Below the pieces are notes generated by a model. The model searched no databases. It saw nothing but the letters and a program-made list of their open reading frames with translations, and was not told where the DNA came from. From Candidatus Iainarchaeum sp. (lineage in GTDB: Archaea > Iainarchaeota > Iainarchaeia > Iainarchaeales > JAZDEL01), in contig JAZDEL010000002.1 of assembly GCA_043808785.1 (NCBI GenBank), forward strand, positions 30,001-62,000: 32,000 nt of DNA, read 5' to 3'. Position numbers and translations under genes: made by a program. Of the stretch, positions 22,908 to 31,553 are shown piece by piece. Numbering within the stretch: the stretch's first letter is position 1; each line of letters starts with the position of its first letter.

Positions 22908-23885
22908 TTATATGGGTGCAACTGGGCACCTGCGGGTAAATGTGCCTGATTTTTCCCCGCCTTTCTCGCATTTGATTGTTGCAGTTGCCTCTATTTCCGT
23001 TTCTCCGTTGCAGTTGCAGTACATTTTTGCCCGGCCATCCGTGAATGGGCGCGGGGTGCAGTCTGCAGTTGCAGGCTCCCACGACCAAACCAGCGCATCG
23101 TGTGGGTACTTGCCCCAATCCGCCCCGACATAGTCTGCCTTGAAACTTATGTCGTAGCCGGATTGCTCCCACTCACTAACTGTAACGCTGCAATCCCCAG
23201 GTTGCGCAGTTCCGCAATCAATCGGGCACTCTGCAACAGTTACTTTCCTTATCCAGCTCCCCTTCCCCGTGCCCGTCTGCATATCATAATCCGCTATTTC
23301 GCACCTGTATGCCGTGCCTGTGCAGGCACCCGAGGCCTCAACATAATGCTGGAACCTGACAGGGTCGGTTTTTCCCGCGGCATTGCGGTTGTAAGTGACG
23401 GAATTACCGTTGCCAAAACTCTTCATCAGCCAGAAGTTTGCGTTAATTTTTATCGCATCCCCCGGCCCTTCCCTCGGGTGGTCGAATCCGCCTATTTCGA
23501 TCCCGCCGCCCTCCATGTCGGAATTAGATTTAATTTTCCCGAAAATGTCCCTTAATTTTGTTTCCACTTCCTGTTCAAACTGCACAGTATTGCCGCCGTC
23601 GGAAATGTTGTTTTCGCATGCCTCCTTAAGGCTGCTTAACGTTTTAGTTCCGCCATCGCAGACGCCATCGAACCGCTCACTTATCCTGCCTGTAATCGCG
23701 CCACCCGTGGCCTCATCCAGTACAATCCTCGCGTTCTCCCACGCCATCTTTACCTCGCGCACGCTCCTTGCGGTTATTTCCGCTCCGTTCTCCAGCGTGG
23801 GCTTGCGCATGTAGAGGAAAGTTCCGCCTATCGCGGCAATAACTATTATCGCAACCAGCGCAGTGTAAATCCCGCGGCTATTCAT
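22908..23885 (-). CDS. Large type IV pilin-like protein (class III signal peptide) with a Cys-rich extracellular domain
   Basis: Real start is MNSRG|IYTALVAIIVIAAIGG at 23885. The mature part is about 300 aa with more than 12 Cys. It overlaps the upstream pilin gene by 8 nt. Confidence 0.65.
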   Translation of the reverse strand: MNSRGIYTALVAIIVIAAIGGTFLYMRKPTLENGAEITARSVREVKMAWENARIVLDEATGGAITGRISERFDGVCDGGTKTLSSLKEACENNISDGGNTVQFEQEVETKLRDIFGKIKSNSDMEGGGIEIGGFDHPREGPGDAIKINANFWLMKSFGNGNSVTYNRNAAGKTDPVRFQHYVEASGACTGTAYRCEIADYDMQTGTGKGSWIRKVTVAECPIDCGTAQPGDCSVTVSEWEQSGYDISFKADYVGADWGKYPHDALVWSWEPATADCTPRPFTDGRAKMYCNCNGETEIEATATIKCEKGGEKSGTFTRRCPVAPI

Positions 23886-24174
23886 AATCAAAATCCCTCC
23901 TGCACACTGGTTTTGATTCGAGCCCGCCGGACCTGTATATGAAATAATTGTAGCAGCTTTCAAACTTCGCATTTGCAAATAACTGGTCCGGCTGCGCAAC
24001 CCCGTACGCCCCGAGCATCGCATCGTCGCTCGCAAGCTTCTCATGCATCTGCAGCGCATGGCTCTCCGCGCCGACAACACTGTAATACGCCATGAACGCC
24101 GCGGCAAGCGCGGCAACAAGCACTATCGCCATAAGCGCGTCGATTGTGAACATGAAGCCTTTGCTGTGCGGCAT
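23878..24174 (-). CDS. Type IV pilin-like protein (class III signal peptide), 98 aa
   Basis: MPHSKG|FMFTIDALMAIVLVAALAAA has a prepilin-peptidase-type site followed by a hydrophobic helix. Confidence 0.65.
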   Translation of the reverse strand: MPHSKGFMFTIDALMAIVLVAALAAAFMAYYSVVGAESHALQMHEKLASDDAMLGAYGVAQPDQLFANAKFESCYNYFIYRSGGLESKPVCRRDFDYE

Positions 24175-24176
24175 AA

Positions 24177-24755
24177 TTATTCATTCCTCCACACCGTGAT
24201 AGTCACATAATAAGCATCATGCAATGACGTGTCCATAAACTTGCTTTTATCAAGCCTCTTGATTGTTGTGAGGTTTGCCCAGCTCACAGCAACATTCGGG
24301 ACAATAACCCGCCTTTTTGCGGAATATGTGTCGGCATCGGGGGGGATGCTTTCCTTGCAGTCGGTATTAATTTGGCCGCGCACCGTTGCAGTGTTTTCCG
24401 GAATGAATTCAACCTTGCACCCGTACCTGTTGCGCCCCACGCTCAGCCCCATGACTGTTTTTATCTCCATATCCCTTCCTGCAGGGGGAGGCATTATGCA
24501 GTTTGGGGGGTAGCTTATCCTATTCCATAGGCTCCCTGTGTAATAACCGAGTTCGCAAACCAGAGCGGGGCTTGTAACAAGCGTCTCTGCCGCGCCGTCC
24601 CCGACTGTTTTCAGTTCTTCCCTTATCTCCTGTTCGTGCAGGTTGTATTGGTTAAGTTCCATAAAGTTAAGCACCAGCCCGAACGCGAGTATCACGAGTA
24701 TCATCGAGATAACGAAATCCAGGGTGAATATCTGCCCTTTTGTGCATCGCATCAC
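24177..24755 (-). CDS. Type IV pilin-like protein (class III signal peptide), 192 aa
   Basis: MMRCTKGQ|IFTLDFVISMILVILAFGLV. The start overlaps the upstream stop (ATGA). Confidence 0.7.
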   Translation of the reverse strand: MMRCTKGQIFTLDFVISMILVILAFGLVLNFMELNQYNLHEQEIREELKTVGDGAAETLVTSPALVCELGYYTGSLWNRISYPPNCIMPPPAGRDMEIKTVMGLSVGRNRYGCKVEFIPENTATVRGQINTDCKESIPPDADTYSAKRRVIVPNVAVSWANLTTIKRLDKSKFMDTSLHDAYYVTITVWRNE

Positions 24756-25312
24756 GGTCTTACCCCTCCCTCACGAATCTCGAATATATCCCCGCCGTTT
24801 TTGCAGTCCAGCTCTTTTTCAGCATTAAAGAATTCCTTCAGCACGTTTATCGGAACCGTTGTCTCCACTCTTATTATTTTGGGGTTGCTTGCCCCCTTCT
24901 CCTTTAGGGTTGTGTCTACAACTATTGCGTCATATTCGGTAAGCGACTCAACCCCGCCGACAAGCGTAGGCTTAGGCGCCCCCATACTGACAGTGCACGA
25001 CTCAACATCCCAGTTTCCTCCCTCCAGTTTCGGCACCTTGTAACTGATAAGGAACGGGACATTAGGGGGGTTATACAGGATGCTCGGCCCGCCGCCCAGG
25101 ACTGTCTCTGGCTCGATGCTTGTGGTGCTCAGCATAACCGCGCTCTGCAGCACCCTCTCAATCCCCAAAGCAATGCTCTTCTGCTGCGCCCTTACCCCCA
25201 TTATTTCCTGCGATTCCTTTATGTCATTTGTCAGGGTTATGAAGAGCTGTATCGTGACAAGCAGCACGATGATTGCAATCATCGCGTCAAAACTCAGTTG
25301 CCCTTTGCGCAT
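24752..25312 (-). CDS. Type IV pilin-like protein (class III signal peptide), 186 aa; first gene of the pilin operon
   Basis: MRKGQ|LSFDAMIAIIVLLVTIQLF. On the minus strand, CTTTATATATAC (25333-25344) lies 21-32 nt upstream of the ATG at 25312. Confidence 0.7.
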   Translation of the reverse strand: MRKGQLSFDAMIAIIVLLVTIQLFITLTNDIKESQEIMGVRAQQKSIALGIERVLQSAVMLSTTSIEPETVLGGGPSILYNPPNVPFLISYKVPKLEGGNWDVESCTVSMGAPKPTLVGGVESLTEYDAIVVDTTLKEKGASNPKIIRVETTVPINVLKEFFNAEKELDCKNGGDIFEIREGGVRP

Positions 25313-25358
25313 GACTATCAATAACACTTATTGTATATATAAAGATTATTAGTGCGGC

Positions 25359-26603
25359 TCAGCCCCTGATTTTCCCGCCGAGCAGTTGCATTATTTTCGG
25401 CATCAGTTCCATTCCTGAAATGTGCCCCAATTCGCCGTTCGCGCACGCGCGTTCGGAGAATTCGGGCGTGCCGCCATGTTCAATTCCCGCACCGTGGAAA
25501 AGCACAGGCACAGGGTCCGAGGAATGGTCCTTGAGCAGGCAGGGGGTTGAGTGGTCCGCAGTAACAACAACCAGCGTGCCCTTCAGCCCAAGCAAACCCG
25601 CAATCGCCCTATCCGCCTTCTCAATATATTCCTTCTTCCCCTCGCAATTCCCGTCCTCGCCCATCAAATCGGCGCCCTTAAAGTGCACAAAAACAAAATC
25701 ACGGTTCCGCAGCGCTTTTTTTGCGGCGCCGATTTTCGCTTCAAGGTTGCTGCCTGTTTTTCCCGTCGCGCCCTTCACATGCAAAATATCCATCCCCAGC
25801 ACTTTCGCAATCCCCTTGTACAGCCCCCCGCCCGCAATGCAGCACGCTTTCAAACCGTAGCGCTTCCTGAAGGAAGGCAGTTCCTGAGCAACACTTGCGC
25901 CGCGCACAAGAAGGTAATTCGCGGGCGGCAAACCCTGCTTAACCCGTTTTTTGTTGAGTAGGTGTGCTGAAAGTTTCCTGTGCGCCAATTCCAGAAACTC
26001 GTTCAGCACCTCCGCTGTGAACCTTGCCTCCTTACTCCCGTCCAATGCCCTCGCCCCGTGCACTTCCACCCCTGCCTTATGCGGGTCAGCGTCACTTACC
26101 CTGTAACTCAGCCCCTTCCCCCGCATAACCAATCCCGCGCGGTGCCCCACGCTGGCTTTGAGAATGAACTTAACCCCGCGCACCTTCATGCCGTTCAGCG
26201 CGCGCACAAAAGGGGAAACACTATCTATGCGCCCCGCGCGCCTGTCGGCAATTTTGTTGTTTTCATCAACAGTCCCGAAATTCGCGCGAAGTGCCACGTC
26301 CCCCTTCCGCATTTTCATGCCTATCCCCGCGCACTCGAAAACCCCGCGCCCGGTGTAATATTTATCCAGCGCGTAGCCGAAAATGCTCAAATGGGAAACA
26401 TCGCTCGCGGGATAAATGCCGGAAACGCTGAGCATTGTCCCCGTTGCCCCCGAACGCGCAAGCGCGTCAAGGTTCGGCGTTCTCGCAGCCTCAAGCGGCG
26501 TTTTCCCGAAGAACGCGGGAACAGGCCTGTCCCCCAGACCGTCCATTATGAGTAGGACAACTTTCCCGTTTCCCTTTGCCAAAGAACCACAACCTTGCGC
26601 CAA
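25359..26603 (-). CDS. apgM: Cofactor-independent phosphoglycerate mutase, archaeal type (ApgM)
   Basis: VVLLIMDGLGDRP, VTADHSTPC and the overall ApgM layout. No ATG is available; TTG starts at 26603 or 26582 lie inside a 21-nt tandem duplication. Confidence 0.85.
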   Translation of the reverse strand: MAQGCGSLAKGNGKVVLLIMDGLGDRPVPAFFGKTPLEAARTPNLDALARSGATGTMLSVSGIYPASDVSHLSIFGYALDKYYTGRGVFECAGIGMKMRKGDVALRANFGTVDENNKIADRRAGRIDSVSPFVRALNGMKVRGVKFILKASVGHRAGLVMRGKGLSYRVSDADPHKAGVEVHGARALDGSKEARFTAEVLNEFLELAHRKLSAHLLNKKRVKQGLPPANYLLVRGASVAQELPSFRKRYGLKACCIAGGGLYKGIAKVLGMDILHVKGATGKTGSNLEAKIGAAKKALRNRDFVFVHFKGADLMGEDGNCEGKKEYIEKADRAIAGLLGLKGTLVVVTADHSTPCLLKDHSSDPVPVLFHGAGIEHGGTPEFSERACANGELGHISGMELMPKIMQLLGGKIRG

Positions 26604-26661
26604 AGAACCACAAACCGCGAATAACTATCGGGTTATGTTGTTTTTATTCCTTCCCCCCCGC

Positions 26662-27036
26662 TTATGTTGTTTTTATTTCTGCCTCTTCTCCCAGCGCATT
26701 GAACGCGCGGAAATCCTTTGCGCCGAAAGGATAGAAAATTATCAGATGTATCTCCCCGCTCCTTGCGAAGCCCCTCACATCCGCTCCGGAAGGGGTGCCG
26801 CTTCTCGAAGGATGGGAATGCACGCTGCCCATAACCTTGCTGTCAATCGGCGCAAGGTGCGGCCAGTACAGCGCGTGCCTCTTCCCGTAAACCGCGGGCG
26901 TAATTATGAATTCATCTATAACCTTCTTTTCCCTGTCCCCGCCAAGCAGGGCAAAGAACTCGTTAGGGTAGGTGTTGCGTGAAGCCTCGAGCAGTGATTC
27001 GAGGACGTGCTTTTTGATTTTGTACACACAAATCAT
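26662..27036 (-). CDS. JAB1/MPN/Mov34 (JAMM) metalloprotease, stand-alone (SAMP/ubiquitin-like deconjugase type)
   Basis: JAMM motif HSHPSRSGTPSGAD (HxHx7Sx2D) with the upstream Glu in YPNEFFALLGG. The protein is 124 aa. Confidence 0.85.
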   Translation of the reverse strand: MICVYKIKKHVLESLLEASRNTYPNEFFALLGGDREKKVIDEFIITPAVYGKRHALYWPHLAPIDSKVMGSVHSHPSRSGTPSGADVRGFARSGEIHLIIFYPFGAKDFRAFNALGEEAEIKTT

Positions 27037-27079
27037 GCCGCCAAAATGCTAATAAACATGGTTGAGTATTTCTAATCCG

Positions 27080-28558
27080 ATGCAGGCATTTAAATTCCTC
27101 CCGAGCGCGAAATCCATCGCCCTTCTCTGGATTGCGGCACTTTCCCTGGTTCTCCTGCTGATGCTCCTTAATTCGTCGGTTATGCTAACAAACTTCCCGA
27201 AGGGGGATTATTCCGTCCACGTTGCAAAACTCCATTTCCTGAAAGAGTACGGCTTCCATGGCATCGTTCCAAACTGGTATGATGGCTTCATACTCTTCCA
27301 GCACTACCCGCCTGCGTTCAGCTTTTTCGCCCTGCCGCTTTACCTCGCAACAGGGAACATTTTGCACGCGTTTTATTTTGCGATAATTTTGGTTTATGTG
27401 CTGGGCGCCATATTTTTCTATATTTTGGGCAGGGTGCTGAAAATCTCCTGGCGCAGGAGCGCCCTCCTATATCTCTTATTTTATGCAAACCCCGTTTCCC
27501 TCATTATGTTTTATAATGTCGGCAGGGTCACAGAACTTTTCGCCTGGACATTGTTCGTCCCGTTCCTCGCACTTCTCCTGCACTTTAAGGACAATAAAAT
27601 AAACAAATGGTTTTTCCTGTTCGTGCCAATGCTCGCCCTTCTTTTGCTGGCCCATCCGGCGGTTTTTCTCCTTTCCATGTTTTTGGTTGCGGGGCTATCC
27701 CTGTGTAAGCCCCTGCGCGAGAAGTTAATTATCGCGGTTTCAGTTTTGGCGGCCGCAACCCTGACAGCATTCTGGTGGATTCCGGCCCTGTCAACAAAGG
27801 TAACGCTCTGGCAGCGCATGTACGAGGTAATAGTTGCAGGCATAGGTTTCAGCCCGCAGTTTATCCTGCTTGACAGGGTGCTTTTTTTCTCGTTGTCAAT
27901 ACTGTTCTTGCCGGCATTCTATTGCTTCTCTGCAAAAAGGGGCAAAGATATGCGGTTCTACCTCCCGACCGCTATTTTGGCTTTGCTGTGCATAAGCACA
28001 ATAATCGCATACGTGCCAATGTACAATAATCCGTACCCCCTTACTTATGAATTCTTTTTTTTGCTCATTTCCTCGGTAATTCTTTCAACCGTCCCCTCCG
28101 CTTTGTTCGGGAAGGCTGCAGTGCGCTTATGGCTGCTGGCAATGCTTTTTTTGGTTGTGCCCGTGCTGATTCAGATGGCGGCAGTCCCTCCGCCGCACTT
28201 TGACAATTCCCCCGAAGTAGCACTCCTGTCTTCGGTAAACGGGCGTTTCTGTGCGGCGTTGCCGTATTTTTACGGCAGCTGGCTGCTCTATGCGTATGCC
28301 GCTGTGGACTACAACCTTTCGACCCCATTCGGCTGGTTTCCGCAGGAGGAGCCGAAAGAGGTTGCGGAATTGGAGTACAAAATATTCAATTCCGTAAGAA
28401 ATTCCGACTGCGCAGGCCTGCTTGATGCAATGCAAAAGGTTAACGCGTCCGACATAATCGCGACAGGCGCCGATTGCAACACCCTCTCTTCCTGCGGCCT
28501 GGCGGAAGTAAAAACAACCGGCAATGCCTGCCTTTTCAGAACCCCAAAAACAGCCTGA
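27080..28558 (+). CDS. Polytopic membrane protein, GT-C-like / PTPS-related putative glycosyltransferase
   Basis: More than 10 predicted TM helices. N-terminal HVAKLHFLKEYGFHGIVPNWYDGFILFQHYPP resembles the membrane PTPS-related family. A soluble Cys-containing C-terminal domain follows. The TTG at 27062 is possible. Confidence 0.5.
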   Translation: MQAFKFLPSAKSIALLWIAALSLVLLLMLLNSSVMLTNFPKGDYSVHVAKLHFLKEYGFHGIVPNWYDGFILFQHYPPAFSFFALPLYLATGNILHAFYFAIILVYVLGAIFFYILGRVLKISWRRSALLYLLFYANPVSLIMFYNVGRVTELFAWTLFVPFLALLLHFKDNKINKWFFLFVPMLALLLLAHPAVFLLSMFLVAGLSLCKPLREKLIIAVSVLAAATLTAFWWIPALSTKVTLWQRMYEVIVAGIGFSPQFILLDRVLFFSLSILFLPAFYCFSAKRGKDMRFYLPTAILALLCISTIIAYVPMYNNPYPLTYEFFFLLISSVILSTVPSALFGKAAVRLWLLAMLFLVVPVLIQMAAVPPPHFDNSPEVALLSSVNGRFCAALPYFYGSWLLYAYAAVDYNLSTPFGWFPQEEPKEVAELEYKIFNSVRNSDCAGLLDAMQKVNASDIIATGADCNTLSSCGLAEVKTTGNACLFRTPKTA

Positions 28559-29240
28559 TAACGGTTTTCACATACGCGGGAACCTGCCCCACACCGAGCT
28601 TTGATTTTCCGCTGCCCCTTTGCCTGAACGCAATCGGCACTTCCGCAACTTTCGCCCCGCTTTTTATCGCCCTGTAAAGCAGTTCGAGTTCCGCGGCATA
28701 TCCCGCGCTTTTTATTTTTTCAAGCCCCATCGCGCGCAGCGTTCCCTTTCCGTATGCCCTATACCCCGAGGTCACATCGTGCGCCCCTATCCCCAGCAGA
28801 ACGCGCGAAAGCATGTTTGCCCCCCTGCTTGCAAGCAGCCTCCCCGCAGGCCAGTTTTCTATTCTCCCTCCCGAGACATAGCGCGAGCCTATCACAATGC
28901 CGTAGCCCTCCCCGCTTTTTGCCAGAAGTTGCGAAATCCCCTTCGGGTCGTGCGAAAGGTCCGCATCCATGGTTATTACAACATCCCCGCGCGCTGCGGC
29001 AAACCCCGCCTTCAGCGCTTCCCCGATTCCCTCCTTTTTCTCCCTTGCAACAAGCCTCACGTTCCCGTATTTTTTCCCGATTTTTTCCACAATTGCGCCC
29101 GTGCCGTCAGGGGAATAGTCGTCCACAACAACAACCTCCCCGCTTATCTTTTTCGCCGAGAACTCAGCCAATATCCCGCGCACAAGCGTTTCTATATTTC
29201 CCGCTTCATTATATGTCGGGATTACAACCGAAACTTCCAT
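28536..29240 (-). CDS. GT2 family glycosyltransferase, dolichyl-phosphate mannose/glucose synthase-like
   Basis: VVIPTYNEAGNI, VVVDDYSPDGT and DADLSHDP motifs. The 3' end overlaps the convergent membrane-protein gene by 23 nt. Confidence 0.85.
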   Translation of the reverse strand: MEVSVVIPTYNEAGNIETLVRGILAEFSAKKISGEVVVVDDYSPDGTGAIVEKIGKKYGNVRLVAREKKEGIGEALKAGFAAARGDVVITMDADLSHDPKGISQLLAKSGEGYGIVIGSRYVSGGRIENWPAGRLLASRGANMLSRVLLGIGAHDVTSGYRAYGKGTLRAMGLEKIKSAGYAAELELLYRAIKSGAKVAEVPIAFRQRGSGKSKLGVGQVPAYVKTVIRLFLGF

Positions 29241-29274
29241 GCTAAGATAATGCCCTTACCGATTATATTCCTTT

Positions 29275-30480
29275 TCAAAGCCCGAGGTAAAATGCCAGCG
29301 TCGGCGCCATAAGGAACGCCATCCCTGTCGTGCGTTTTATCCCGCTTGAAAGCGTCACAAGCCCTATGCCTGTGCTTGCCGAGAGTAGGAGCAGCCCTGT
29401 TCCGCCCCCGAGGAGTGCAACAAGAAGCACAAGGAATGCAAGCACGCCAAGGTTCATTGCCCTGTAGGGAATTTTCCCGAGGCGCGCAAGGAAAAATTTC
29501 GCGCAGATTTCGGTTGCAAAAACCGCAACCCCCGCGGAAAAGAGCACTGTTGCGATTATGAAAAGCAAATCCCTCTGTGTCAGGGTTATTATCTGCTCAA
29601 CCGCAACAGCAGTGCCTGTGCGCGCCTTTCCCGTGAGGTAAAGCACGAAAAACCCGAAGATTGCGTTCGCGGTGCTTACGCCCCCGATAATGACAAGGTA
29701 CTGCACGGATGTTATTTTCCCTATAATTTTCCTGAGGATAAATGCTGCCTGGTCGGGCCCGATGCTGGGCAAAAGTGAAACAATCGCCCCCGCAACGAGG
29801 CTCAGGGCGCCCCCTGAAAGCACCTCCCTCTTCGGATACTCGCACGCCCCGAGTTCCTGCTCCCCTACCTCCTCCCTCTGGTTGATTGAATATATCAGCC
29901 CGCTCGTTCCGAAAAAACCAGTCACAAGCGGAAAAATCGCGTTCATCCCGAACCCGCCGCGCAGTGCCGCAAGCCCAAGTGCGGAGGATAGGGCAATAAC
30001 AATTGCCGCCCATTTTTTCTGTTCGGTGCCCCTCTCATCAAGAACCATCAGTGCAATAACGCAGATTATTATCGCAGGCACAAGCGCGTAAATTATTGAA
30101 ATGAATTTCACAACAAACATGGCAAAGAGAGGAAGCATCACAACAGAGGCGATTGCGGCAAAAAGCCCTCCGAGCACGGTAAGCCGTATTGCGTAAAGCC
30201 CCATTCCCTTCAAAAGGAACCTGTGCCCCGGCAGAATTGAAATGAAACAATCTTCGCTCGGCGCACCTAGCGCAATGCTCGGCACGAAAGAAACAAAAGA
30301 ATTCACAACGCTCATCGAAACAACCATGAGCACCACCGGCAACCCTCCTCCCGCCGCAAAAGAAACCGCAAGCAGGGCGAGCGTGTTTGTGTGAACGCCG
30401 GGGATTGCACCCGCAAAAGCCCCGAGCAGGCAGCCGAGGAGTACGCAAAAAATTATTTCGGCAATCAAAAAAACCACCAA
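29275..30480 (-). CDS. TctA-family (DUF112) polytopic membrane transporter
   Basis: About 11 TM helices. The N-terminal GAIPGVHTNTLA motif and Gly/Ala-rich helices are typical of archaeal TctA/DUF112 proteins. Confidence 0.6.
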   Translation of the reverse strand: MVVFLIAEIIFCVLLGCLLGAFAGAIPGVHTNTLALLAVSFAAGGGLPVVLMVVSMSVVNSFVSFVPSIALGAPSEDCFISILPGHRFLLKGMGLYAIRLTVLGGLFAAIASVVMLPLFAMFVVKFISIIYALVPAIIICVIALMVLDERGTEQKKWAAIVIALSSALGLAALRGGFGMNAIFPLVTGFFGTSGLIYSINQREEVGEQELGACEYPKREVLSGGALSLVAGAIVSLLPSIGPDQAAFILRKIIGKITSVQYLVIIGGVSTANAIFGFFVLYLTGKARTGTAVAVEQIITLTQRDLLFIIATVLFSAGVAVFATEICAKFFLARLGKIPYRAMNLGVLAFLVLLVALLGGGTGLLLLSASTGIGLVTLSSGIKRTTGMAFLMAPTLAFYLGL

Positions 30481-30499
30481 AAGCCAAACCGCGGTTGGT

Positions 30500-30868
30500 T
30501 TAGTTTACAGTTTTAACTTCGCTTACCTCTACCTCAATCGCGCCGTTGTATTTTTTCACAATGCCAGTGATTTCAACATTGCGCCCTTTTGCGAGAATTG
30601 CCTGCTCCCTTTCATCCGGGTTCATCACGACAGCGGCAACCCCCTGCCCCGCGCCTATCTGCAGCATCAGCACACCCTTCGACATCCTTGCCCATTTCAC
30701 AATGCCTGTTGTTGAAACCTCCTTGCCCAGCATGTTTTCATCTATCTGCCATGCTTCTACCTTTTCCACGCCCGCTGTTTCCCCGAGAATAAGTATTGCC
30801 GCAAGCCCCGCAAAGGAGGCAACAAGCGCGATTTTCCTTATCGCAAAATCATCAAGCAACAGTTCCAT
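30500..30868 (-). CDS. Membrane-anchored OB-fold (tRNA_anti-like) protein
   Basis: N-terminal TM helix IALVASFAGLAAILIL. The OB pattern is VSTTGIVKW...GVLMLQIGAGQGVAAVVMNP...GRNVEITGIVKKYNGAIEVEV. Confidence 0.6.
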   Translation of the reverse strand: MELLLDDFAIRKIALVASFAGLAAILILGETAGVEKVEAWQIDENMLGKEVSTTGIVKWARMSKGVLMLQIGAGQGVAAVVMNPDEREQAILAKGRNVEITGIVKKYNGAIEVEVSEVKTVN

Positions 30869-30902
30869 GCATAATTATGCGCACGAAACCGTTATTAATT
30901 AG

Positions 30903-30918
30903 TTCGTCAATTGACGAA
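30903..30918. promoter_or_regulatory. Perfect 16-bp palindrome upstream of the OB-fold gene (operator candidate)
   Basis: TTCGTCAATTGACGAA sits within a longer imperfect palindrome, AATTAGTTCGTCAATTGACGAATAATT. Its centre is 42 nt upstream of the ATG at 30868, next to an AT-rich TAATTAATAAC box on the minus strand. Confidence 0.55.
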
Positions 30919-30980
30919 TAATTAGGGAAACCGCAAACCCCCTAAAAAACCCGTTATTTCCGCGCGAATTTGGTTTTTGT

Positions 30981-31553
30981 TCACCCAAGAACCCTGTATT
31001 TCCTTGAAAACGGGATTTTTTTCAGTTTTACTTCCGCGCCCTTTGCGTATTTCCTCTCCGCGTGCACAATGTGCCTGCCGGCATTTGTGAAAGAGAGCAG
31101 GTCATACCGCGTTTCAACAACAGCAAGTTCGCCGTCGCTTAACAGCACCTTTGCAGGCACATATTTCCTGCCGAAAACCATGCGGAAGCATACCACGAAC
31201 ACAAGCAGGAGCGCGAGCAGCAGGGCGAATTGGTAATATCCCGCTTCCCCCTCCCCGAAAATGCCCTGCATTATCCAAGCAGCCTGCACAAACACAAGCA
31301 TGCCGAGGAAGAATATCGCGTACTGCGTGAACTCCTTTGCAAATTCATCCCTGACCTGCGCAAACACAATGTAGAGGTAAAGCGCGCTTAACAGCACTTC
31401 CCCCGCAGGCACCAGCCATCCGAATTCCGAAAAGCGCGCGAAAAGCAGGAGCACCATCAGCACAAGCAGCGCCTGCAGCTGGATTATTATGAACGAGCGC
31501 CAGCTGAAGCCCTCGAAATTTTCCTGAAGAAATTCGCGCAGCAAGGGAATCAC
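30981..31553 (-). CDS. Hypothetical membrane protein (about 4 TM helices plus a small C-terminal beta-rich domain)
   Basis: Hydrophobic helices, then GRKYVPAKVLLSDGELAVVETRYDLL. The GTG at 31553 overlaps the upstream pilin-like stop (GTGA). The track start at 31586 would overlap that gene by 37 nt. Confidence 0.5.
   Translation of the reverse strand: MIPLLREFLQENFEGFSWRSFIIIQLQALLVLMVLLLFARFSEFGWLVPAGEVLLSALYLYIVFAQVRDEFAKEFTQYAIFFLGMLVFVQAAWIMQGIFGEGEAGYYQFALLLALLLVFVVCFRMVFGRKYVPAKVLLSDGELAVVETRYDLLSFTNAGRHIVHAERKYAKGAEVKLKKIPFSRKYRVLG

Noticed and set aside
22098-22921. Minus-strand ORFs 22098..22796 and 22403..22921, opposite the asnB-like gene
   Set aside because: The plus frame carries the SGGLDSS PP-loop and SGQGGDELFCGY motifs. 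The antisense products have no recognisable features.
23886-24119. N-terminal 78 aa of the 403-aa ORF 22908..24119
   Set aside because: This Arg-rich extension (MLPRLPRRSWRITVLSARRAMRCRC...) fully overlaps the 98-aa pilin-like gene in another frame. The internal ATG at 23885 gives a proper class III signal peptide and an 8-nt operon overlap.
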